A stretch of DNA of 64,000 nucleotides from the human T2T-CHM13v2.0 reference genome, Homo sapiens: NCBI RefSeq assembly GCF_009914755.1, contig NC_060945.1; one strand, written 5' to 3'. The notes beneath the pieces were generated by a model, which was given only the letters and a program-made list of their open reading frames with translations, ran no database searches and was not told where the DNA came from. Positions 52,901-64,000 of this stretch are shown here, piece by piece (positions within the stretch are counted from its first letter, which is position 1; the number at the start of each line of letters is the position of its first letter). A program made the translations under genes and the position numbers.

Positions 52901-55900
52901 ATATTTCTGCACTGATCACCCAGTTGACGGAATCTTGTCTTGGATCTGCCTATGGGGGCATTGTGACATATCTCTGCATTGATCCCCCAGGTGAAGTAAC
53001 TGTTGTATAAGCTCTGCCTACAGGGGATTTGTGAGAGACCTCGCAACTGATCACCCAAGTGATGTAACGATTTTCTAGGCTTTGCCTACAGGGGGCTTTG
53101 TGGCATACTTTTGCACTGATCTCCCAGGTGATGTAACTCATCTAAGTTATGCCTACAGGAGCTTTGTGACATATCTCTGCACTGATAACTTAGGTGATGT
53201 AACACTTTTATCAGCACTGCCTACAGGGAATTTTGACAAATCTCTGCACGGATCACATAGGGGATGTAAATCTTGTCTACCTTCTGCCCAAAGGGGGCAT
53301 TGTGAAATATCTCTGCACTGATCACCCAGGTGATTCAACTCTTGTCTAGGATCTGCCTACAGGGGGTATTGTGAAATATCTCTGCACTGATCAACTAGGT
53401 GATGTAACTATTTTCTATGCTCTGCCTACAGGGGCGTTTTCACATATCCCTGAACTGATGACAAAGGTGATGTAACTCTTGCCTAGGCTTTGCCTATAGA
53501 GGACCCTGTGACATATCTCTTCAATGCTTGCCCAGGTGATGCAACTGTTCTCTATGCTCTGCCTACAGGGGACATTTTGACATATTCCTGCACTGATCAC
53601 CCAGGTGATGCAACTCTTCTCTATGCTCAGCCTACAGGGGGCATTGTGACATATCTCTGCACTGTTCACCCAGGTGATGTAACTCTTTTCCACTCTCTGC
53701 CTACAGAGGGCTTTGTGACATCACTCTGCACGGATCACCGGGGTTATGTAACTCTCGTCTAGGCTCTGCCTACTGGGGCATTGTGACTTATCTCTGCACT
53801 GATCACCCAGGAGATGTGACTCTTTTCTAAGCTCTGCCTAGAGGGACATTGGGACATATCTCTGCACTGATCGCTGAGGTGATGTAAAACTTGTCTAGGC
53901 TTTGTCTACAGTGAGATTGATGACATATCTCTGCACTGATCACCTAGGTGATGTAACTGTTGTCTAGGCTCTGCTTACAGTGGGTATTGTGAGATATCTG
54001 TGCACTGATCACCCAGGTGATGTAACTCTTGTCTAGGCTCTGCCTACAGGGGCATTTCAACATATCACTGCACTGATCACCGAGAGGATGTAACTCTTGT
54101 ATAGGCTTCGCCGACAGGGGGCATTGAGACATATCTCTGCACTGATCACCGAGGTGATGCAACTTTTTTCTGGGATCTGCTTACAGGGGGCATTGTGACA
54201 TATCTCTCTCCTGATCACCCAGGTGATGTAACTCTTGTCTAAGCTCGGCCTACTGGAGACATTGTGACATATCTCCGCACTGATCATCCAGGTGATGTCA
54301 CTTTTCTCAAGGATATGGCTACAGGGACATTGTGACATGTCACTGCACTGATCACACAGCTGCATTAACTATTTTCTAGGCTCTGGCTACCAGGGTCTTT
54401 TGACACATCTCTGCACTGATTACCCAGGTGATGTAACCCTTTTCTAGGCTCCGTCAAGAGGGGGCATTGTGACATAACTCTGCACTGATCACCCAGGTGA
54501 TGGGACTCTTGTCTAGTCTATGCCTACAGGGGCATTGTGACATATCTCTGCAGTGATCACGCAGGTGATATACCTCTTGTCTATATCTGCCTACTGGCAG
54601 CACTGTGGCATATTTCTGCACTGATCACCCAGGTGATGGACTCTTCCTTGGATCTGCCTATGGGGGCATAGGGACATATCTCTTCACTGATCACTCCTGT
54701 GATGTAACGCTTGTCTAAGCTGCGCCTCAACGGGAATTGTGACAGATATCTCCACTGATCACCAAGGTGATGTAACGATTTTCTGGGATTTATCTACAGG
54801 TGGCTTTGAGACATATCTTTGCACTGATCACCCAGGAGATGTAACAACTCTTGTGTAGGCTCGGCCTACAGGGGCTTTGTGACACATTTTTTGTCACTTT
54901 TTTTTGACATATCACTGCACTGATCACCTAGGTGATGTAAGCCTTGTATGGGCTTTGCCTACAGAAGACTTTGTGAAATACCTGTGCACTGATCTCTGAG
55001 GTGATGCAACTCTTGTCTAGGCACTGCCTACAGGAGACATTGGTACATATCTCTGCACTGATCAACCAGGCGATGGACTCTTGTCTTAGATCTGCCTACA
55101 TGGACATTGTGACACATCTCTGAACTGATCAACCAAGTGATGAAACTCTTGTCTAGGCTCTGCCTACAGGGGCTTTGTGACACATCTCTGCACTGATCAC
55201 CCTGGGGAGGGAACTCTTGTCTATACTCTGCCCACAGGAGGCTTTATGACTTATACCTGCACTGAAAACCTAGGTGATGTAACACTTGTCTAGGCTCTGC
55301 CTACATGGGAATTCTCACATATCCCTGCACTAATCACTCAGGTGACGGATTCTTGTCTTGGATCTGCCTATGGGGGCATTGTGACATATCTCTGCAATGA
55401 TCACCCAGGTGATGTAACTGTTGTATAAGCTCTGCCTACAGGGGAATTGTGAGAGATCTCGCCACTGGTCACCCAAGTGATGTAACTATTGTCTAGGCTT
55501 TGCCAACATGGGGCTTTGTGACATACCTTTGCACTGATCACCCAGGTGATGAAACTCTTCTAAGTTCTGCCTACAGGAGCTTTGTGACATATCTCTGCAT
55601 TGATCACTTGGGTGATGTAACACTTTTATAAGCACTGCCTACAGGGAATTTTGACAAATCTCTTCACTGATCACCCAGGTGATGTAACTCTTTCTTAGGA
55701 TCTCCCTACAGGGTGTTTTGTGACATATCCCTGCAATGATTACCCAGGTGATCTACCACTTGTCAAGGCTCTGACTACAGGGACATTTGGAGGTAACTCT
55801 GCACTGATCACCTAGGTCATGAAACTCTTTTCTAGGCTCACCCTACAGTGGCATTGTGACATATCTCTGCACTGATCATCCAAGTGATGTAACCCTTGTC

Positions 55901-58900
55901 TAGGATCTGCCTAAAAGGACTTTGTGACGTAACTCTGCACTGATCATCCAGGTGATGGGGCTTTTGTCTAGGCTCTGCTAAGGGGGAATTGTGACATATT
56001 TCTGCACTGACCACCCAGGTGACGGACTCTTGTCTTGGATCTTCCTATAGGGGCACTGTGACATATCTCTGCACTGATCACCCATGTGATGCAACTGTTG
56101 TATAAGCTCTGCCTACAGGGAACTGTGAGAGATCTCGCCACTGATCACCCAAGTGATGAAACTATTGTCTAGGTTTTGCCTACAGTGGGCTTGGTGACAT
56201 ACCTTTGCACTGATCACCCAGGTGATGGAACTCATCTAAGTTCTGCCTACAGGAGCTTTGTGACATATCTCTGCACTGATCACTTAGGTGATGTAACAGT
56301 TTTATAAACACTGCCTACAGGGAATTTTGACAAGTCTCTGCACTGATTACCTAGCTGTTGTAACTCTTTTTTACCCTCTGCCAAAAGGGGGCATTGTGAA
56401 ATATCACTGCACTGATCACCCAGGTGATGCAACTCTTCTCTATGCTCTGCCTACAGGGACATTGTGACATATCTCTGCACTGATCACCCAGGTGATGTAA
56501 CCCTTTTCTAGTCTCTGCCTACGGAGGGCGTTGTGACATCTCTCTGCACGTATCACCCGGGTTATGTAAGTCTTGTCTAGGCTCTGCCTAGAGGGGCATT
56601 GTGTCATATCTCTGCTCTGATCACACAGGTGATGTAATCCTTTTCTAGTCTCTGCCTACGGATTGCGTTGTGACATCACTCTGCACGGATCACCCGGGTT
56701 ATGTAACTGTTGTCTAGGATCTGCCTAGAGGGGCTTTGGGACATATCTCTGTACTGATCGCTGAGGTGATGTAAAACTTGTCTAGGCTTTGCCTACAGTG
56801 GTATTTATGACATATCTCTGCCCTGATCACCCAGGTGATGTAACTCTTGTCTAGGCTCTGCTTACACGGGGTATTGTGAGATATCTCCTCACTGATCACC
56901 CAGGCGATGTAACTCTTTTATAGCCTCTGCCTACAGGGGCATTTTAACATATCACTGCACTGATCAGCGAGATGATGTAAGTGTTGTATAGGCTTCGCCG
57001 ACGGGGTCATTGAGACATATCACTGCACTGGTCACCGAGGTGATGCAACACTTTTCTAGTCTCTGCCTACAGAGGGCGTTGTGACATCACTCTGCACGGA
57101 TCACCCAGCTGATGGGACTTTTGTCTAGGCTCTGCCTATGCGGGCATTGTGACATATCTCTGTACTGATCACCCAGGTGATGTAACTCTTGCGTTGTATC
57201 TGCCTATGGTGCCGTTGTGACATATTGCTTCACTGATCACCCAGGTGATGGGACTCTTGTCTAGGCTCTGTGTTTGGGGGTTTTGTGACATATCTCTGCA
57301 CTGATCACCCAGGTGATGTAACGCTTGACTAGGCTCTGCCTACGGGGCATAGTGACATATCACTGCATTGATCACCGAGGTGATGTAACTCTTGTCCAGG
57401 CTCTGCCTATAGGGGGCCTTGTGACATATCTCTGCAATGATCACCTAGGTGATGTAACTCTTGCTTACGCTCTGCCTGCAGGGGCATTGTGAAATATCTC
57501 TGCACTGACCACCCAGCTGACGGGACTGTTCTCTAGGCTCTGCCTACTGGGAGCATTGTCACATATTTCTGCACTGATCACCCAGGTGACGGACTCTTCC
57601 CTTGGATTTGCCTATGGGGGCATTGTGACATATCTCTGCACTGATCACCCAGGTGATGTAACTCTGCTCTTAGCTCTGCCTAAAGGGGAATTGTGACAGA
57701 TATCTGCACTGATCACTCAGGTGATGTAACTATTGTCTAGGCTCTGCTTAAAGGGGCCTTGTCACATATGTCTGCACGGATCACCCAGGTAATGCAACTC
57801 TTGTCTAAGTTCTGCTTAAAGGGGGTATTGTGACATAATTCTGCACTGATCACCTAAGTGATGTAACACTTGTATAGGCTCTGCCTAAAGGCGCATTTTG
57901 ACATATCTCTGCACTGTTAACCGAGGTGATGCTACACTTGTCTAGGCTGTGCCCACAGGGGGATTGAGACATATCTCTGCACTAATCCCGAGGTCATCCA
58001 ACTTTTGCCTGGTCTCTGCCTACTGGGGACATTGTGACGTATCTAGGCACTGATCTCCCAGGTGCTGTAACTTTAGTCTAGGCTCTCGCTACACAGCATC
58101 GTGACATATCACTGCACTGATCACCCAGGTAATATAACTCTCGTCTAGGCTCTGCCTACAGGGGGCTTGTGACATATCTCTGCACAGATCACCCAGGTGA
58201 TATAACTCTTCTATAGGATCTGCCTACAGGGTGCTTTGTGACATATCCCTGCAATGATCACCCAGGTGATATACTACTTGTCAAGGCTCAGCCTACAGGG
58301 GCATTGAGATGTATATCTGCACTGATCACCTAGGTCATGTAACTCTTCTCTAGGCTCTGCCTACAGTGGCATTGTGACATACCTCTGCACTGATCACCCA
58401 GGTGATGTAACTCTTTTCTAGGATCTGCCTACAGGGTGCTTTGTGACATATCCCTGCAATGATCACCCAGGTGATGTACCACTTCTCAAGGCTCTGCCTA
58501 CAGGGACACTGCAATGTATCTCTGCACTGATCACCAAGGTCATGTAACTCTTGTCTAGGCTCTGCCTACAGTGGCATTGTGACATATCTCTGCACTGATC
58601 ATCCAAGTGATGTAACCCTTGTCTAGGATCTGCCTAAAGGGACTTTGTGACATAAGTCTGCACTGATCATCCAGGTGATGGGGTTTTTGTCTAGGCTCTG
58701 CCTAAGGGGGCATTGTGACATATTTCTGCACTGATCACCCAGGTGATGGACTCTTGTCTTGGATCTGCCTATGGGGGTACTGTGACATATCTCTGCACTG
58801 ATCACCCAGGTGATGAAACTTTTGTATAAGCTCTGCCTACAGGGGAATTGTGAGAGATCTCGCCACTGATCACCCAAGTGATGTAACTATTGTATAGTCT

Positions 58901-61900
58901 TTGCCTACAGAGGGTTTTGTGACATACCTTTGCTCTGATCACCCAGGTGATGTAACTCATCTAAGTTCTACCTACAGGAGCTTTATGACGTATCTCTGCA
59001 CTGATCACTTATGTAACACTTTTATAAGCACTGCCTACAGGGAATTTTGACAAATCTCTGCACTGATCACATAGGTGATGTAACTCTTGTCTACCCTCTG
59101 CCCAAAGGGGGCATTGTGAAATATCTCTGCACTAATCACCCAGGTGATTCAACTCTTGTCTAGGATTTGCCTACAGGGGTTATTGTGAAATATCTCTGCA
59201 CTGATCATCTAGGTGATGTAACTCTTGTCTATGGTCTGCCTACAGGGGCGGTTTCACATATCCCTGAACTGATGACAAAGGTGATGTAACTCTTGCCTAG
59301 GCTTTGCCTAGAGGGGACATTGTGACATATCTCTGCACTGATCACCCAGGTGATGCAACTCTTCTCTATGCTCTGCCTACAGGGGACATTGTGATATATC
59401 ACTGCACTGATCACCCAGGTGATGCAACTCTTCTATATGCTCTGCCTTCAGGGGGCATTGTGACATAACTCTGCACTGATTACCCATGTGATGTAACTCT
59501 TTTCTAGTCTCTGCTACAGAGGGCGTTGTGACATCACTCTGCATGGGACACCCCGGTTATGTAACTCTTGTCTAGGCTCTGCCTATGGGGGCATTTTGAC
59601 ATATCTCTACACTGATAACCCAGGTGATGTAACTATTGTATAAGCTCTGCTTACAGGGGAATCGTGAGAGATCTCGCCACTGATCACCCAAGTGATGTAT
59701 CCATTGTCCAGGCTTTGCCTACAGGGGTCTTTGTGACATAGCTTTGCACTGATCACCCAGGTGATGTAACACATCTAAGTTCTGCCTACAGGAGCTTTTT
59801 GACATATATCTGCATTGATCACTTAGGTGATGTATCACTTTTATAAGCACTGCCTACAGGGAATTTTGACAAATCTCTGCACTGATCACCTAGGTGATGT
59901 AACTCTTGTCTACCCTCTGCCCAAGGGGACATTGTGAAATATCTCTGCACTGATCACCCAGGTGATTGAACTCTTGTCTAGGATCTGCCCACAGGGTGTA
60001 TTTTGAAATACCTCAGCACTGATCAACTAGGTGTTGTAACTCTTGTCTAGGCTCTGCCTACAGGGGCGTTTTCACATATCCCTGAACTGATGACAAAGGT
60101 GATGTAACTCTTGCTTAGGCTTTGCCTACAGGGGACATTGTGACATATATCGGCACTGATCACCCAGGTGATGCAACTCTGGCCTAGCGTTTGCCTACAG
60201 GGGACATTGTGACATACATCTGCACTGATCACCCAGGTGATGCAACTCTTCTCTATGCTCTGCTTACAGGGGACATTGTGACATATCTCTGCACTGATCA
60301 CCCATGTGATGCAACTCTTCTTTATGTTCTGTCTACAGGGGACATTGTGACATATCTCTGCACTGATCACCCAGGTGATGTGTTTTGTAGTCTCTGCCTA
60401 CAGAGGGCGTTGTGACATCATTCTCCACGGATCACCTGGATTATGTAACTCTTGTGTAGGCTCTTCCTATGGGGGCATTGTGACTTATCTCTGCACAGAT
60501 CACCCAGGAGATGTGACTCTTGTCTAAGCTCTGCCTAGAGGGACATTGGGACATATCTCTGCACTGATCGCTGAGGTGAGGTAAAATTGTCTAGGCTTTG
60601 CCTACACTGGGATTCATGACATATCACTGCACTGATCTCCCAGGTGATGTAACTCTTGTCTGGGCTCTGCTTACAGGGGTTATTGTGAGATATCTCTGCA
60701 CTGATCACCCAGGTGATGCAACTCTTGTCTAGGCTCTGCCTACAGCGGCATTTTAACATATCACTGCACTGATCACCGATAAGATGTAACTCTTGTATAG
60801 GCTTCGCCAACAGGGGGCATTGAGACATATCTCTGCAATGATCACCGAGGTGATGCAACTCTTGTTTGGGATCTGCCTACAGGGGGCATTGTGACATATC
60901 TCTGCCCTGATCACCCAGGTGATGTAACTCTTGTCTTGGCCTGCCTACTGGAGACATTGTGACATATCTCCGCACTGGTCACCCAGGTGATGTCATTTTT
61001 GTCAAAGATATGGCTACAGGGACATTGTGACATGTCACTGCACTGATCACACAGCTGATGTAACTCTTGTCTAGGCTCTGGCTACAGGGGGCTTGTGACA
61101 CTTCTCTGCACTGATCACCCAGGTGATGTAACCCTTGTCTAGGCTCTGCCAAAAGGGGGCATTGTGACATACCTCTGCACTGATCACCCAGGTGATGGGA
61201 CTGTTGTCTAGGCTCTGCCTACAGGGGCATTGTGACATATCTCTGCACTGATAACGCAGGTGATGTAACACTTGTCTATATCTGCCTACTGGCAGCATTG
61301 TGGCATATTTCTGCACTGATCACCCAGGTGATGGACTCTTGTCTTGGATCTGCCTATGGGGGCATAGTGACATATATATGCACTGATCACGCAGGTGATG
61401 TAACACTTGTCTATATTTGCCTACTGGCGGCATTTTGGCATATTTCTGCACTGATCACCAAGGTGATGGACTCTTGTCTTGGATCTGCCTATGGGGGCAT
61501 AGTGACATATATCTGCACTGATCACTCATGTAACGCTTGACTAAGCTGTGCCTAAAGGGGAATTGTGACAGATATCTTCACTGATCACCCAGGTGAAGTA
61601 ACAATTTTCTGGGATTTGTCTACAGGGGGCTTTGTGACATATCTTTGCACTGATCACCCAGGAGATGTAACTCTTGTCTAGGCTCGGCCTACATGGGCTT
61701 GTGACATATTTCTGCACTGATCACCCAGGAAATGTAACTCTTGTTCAGGCCCTGCCTACAGGGCTTTGTGACATATTTCTGTACTGATCACCCAGGTGAT
61801 GTTACTCTTGTCTAGTCTCCTCCTACCGGGGTTATTGTGACGTGTCTCTGCACTGTTCACCCAGGTGATGTAACTCTTGTCTAGGCTCCACCTACAGGGG

Positions 61901-63265
61901 GTATTGTGACGTATCTCTGCACTGATCACCCAGGTGATGTAACATTTATCTAGGCTCTGCCTACAGGGGCGTTTTGACATAGCTCTGCACAGATCACCTA
62001 GGTTATGTAACTCTTGTCCACTCTCTGCCTACAGGGGGCAGTGTGAAATATCTCTGCACTGATCACCCAGGTGATGGGACCCTTCTCTATACTCTGCCTG
62101 GAGGGGATTTGTGATATATCTCTGCACTGATCACCCAGGTGATGGAAGTCTTGTCTAGGCTCTGTCTACAGGGATTTTTGTGACATATCACTGCACTTAT
62201 AACCTAGGTGACGTAAGCCTTGTATGGGCTTTGCCTACAGAAGGCTTTGTGACATATCTATGCACTGATCTCTGAGGTGAGGCAACTCTTGTCTAGGCAT
62301 TGCCTACAGGGGACATTGGTACATATCTCTGCTCGGATCACCCAGGTGATGGACTCTTATCTTCGATCTGCCTACATGGACATTGTGACACATCTTTGTA
62401 CTGATTATCCATGTGATGAAACTCTTGTCTAGGCTCTGCCTACAGGGGCTTTGTGACACACCCCTGCACTGATCACCCTGTGGAGGGAACTCTTGTCTAC
62501 TGTCTGCCTACAGGAGGCTTTATGGCTTATACCTACACTGATAACCTAGGTGATGTAACAGTTGTCTAGGCTCTGACTACATGGGAATTCTCACATATCT
62601 CTGCACTGATCACCCGGGTGATGGAACTGCTGTATAGTTTCAGCCTACAGGAGCGTTTTGACATATCTCTGCACTGATCACCCAGGTGATGTAACCCTTG
62701 TTTAAGCTCTATCTACAGGGGCATTGTGACAGATCTCTCCACTGCTCACCCAGGTGATGTAACACTTGTCTGGGCTTGGCCTACAGGGAGCATTGTGATG
62801 TACATTGCCACTGATCAAACAGGTGATGTAACCCTTAAGGTTCTGCTTACAGGGGCTTTGTGACATATCTCTACACTGATCACCCCAGGGAGGAAACAAT
62901 TGTCTACACTCTACCTACAGGAGGCTTTACGACTTATCCCTGCACTGATCACTAGGTGATGTAACACTTGTCTTGGCTCTGTCTACACGGGAATTTTCAC
63001 ATATCTCTACACTGATCACCTAAGTGATTTAACCCTTGTCTAGGTTCAGCCTACTGGGGATTTCTGACATACCTATGCACTGATCACCGAGGTGATGTAA
63101 ATCTTTTCCAGGCTTTTTGTACAGGGGACATTGTGATATATCTCTGCACTGATCACCCAAATGATGCAAATCTTCTCTAGGTTCCACAGGGAGGGGGCAT
63201 TGTGACATATTTCTGAACTGATCATCCAGGAGATGTAACTATTCTCCAGGCTTTGACTAAAGAGC
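43947..63265 (+). repeat. Long (~19 kb) beta-satellite array with internal multi-kb duplications
   Basis: Uninterrupted 68/69-bp monomers with recurring ordered variant monomers and a pLAM-like right end. Confidence 0.97.
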
Positions 63266-63965
63266 GTCGGAATGTGCTGGGAGAGCCTCAGTCGGAATTT
63301 CATGGATGGACAAGGGCACAGAGAGGCCAGCGAGTTCCCTTGCATGTCAGCCAGGGTGCGCAATGAGCGCAGGTCTAGCCAGGAGGCTGGAAAAGAGAGC
63401 TAGAAGTCTGCGTTCCACAACCAGGCACTCCATGGTGGTAGCTGGCAGGCTGCAGGGTCACGGGCGTGCTGGCGACGGTGGCGGGGAGGCGCAGAGGGGG
63501 CGAGCCGCCAGAGGGGTGTCAGGCCTGGACGCAGCTCAGGCCCGGTGTTTCGCGGGATGGGTGTATCCACTCAGCCCAGGGGAGGACGCATTTTCCAGGG
63601 GAAGGCGGTGGGGGTGGGGAGGGGGTGGTCAGGCGTGGTTGTGGTGGTGGAAAGGCATGAGAGCTCTGCCCGGGCTGCTCCCACAGCCCAGGCGGCTGCC
63701 CGCAAAACCGCATGTGCGCAGTAGGCGGCCCACCTGCTGGTACCTGGGCCAGCTCTGGTATCCCCAGGATGCCCAGGAAAGAATGGCAGTTCTCCGCTTT
63801 GTGGAGTCTCTCACCGGGCCTAGACCTAGAAGGCAGGAATCCCAGGCCGGTCTGCCTGGTGGAATGGGCGTGGTGAAGACACGCCCCTCCATAGCCAGCC
63901 AGGTGTTCCCTGCAAAAGAGAGGCCACCGCCCCGCCCCGACGCGACCCCGTTCCAACCCCGTGTC
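63265..63965 (-). repeat. 3' untranslated part of D4Z4-like cassette 7
   Basis: Collinear with 30-731. KpnI site at 63739-63744. Confidence 0.9.
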
Positions 63966-64000
63966 CTAAAGCTCCTCCAGCAGAGCCCGGTATTCTTCCT
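63966..64000 (-). other. DUX4L: C-terminal end of DUX4-like copy 7 (cut by window edge; coding status unknown)
   Basis: Reads EEYRALLEEL*, matching the DUX4 C-terminus. The rest lies outside the window. Confidence 0.8.

Overview
Primate (human or great-ape-like) heterochromatic DNA. About 50 kb of 68-bp beta-satellite (Sau3A/BSR; consensus gatcacccaggtgatgtaactcttgtctaggctctgcctacaggggcattgtgacatatctctgcact) is interrupted by seven degenerate D4Z4/DUX4-like cassettes, all on the - strand. Three are full length (about 30-2784, 6860-9626, 17320-20082). One is internally deleted (28265-29123). Two look like complementary halves of one gene (31765-33338 and 42851-43946) separated by a ~9.5 kb mostly inverted segment that ends in a mosaic of short fragments. 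One is cut by the window edge (63265-64000). Each full cassette resembles the distal 4qA/10qA end of D4Z4 (promoter, DUX4 ORF, exon 2, intron 2, exon 3/pLAM, then beta-satellite). This single-unit-in-satellite arrangement is typical of acrocentric short arms and other pericentromeric DUX4L clusters, but the chromosome cannot be assigned from the sequence. No copy seen encodes intact DUX4. I see no evidence of a new biological system. The notable observations are the rearrangement architecture, the ancestral non-PAS state of pLAM, a private AATAAA behind copy 2, and residual partial ORFs. Comparisons with reference DUX4 are from memory and need alignment to confirm.
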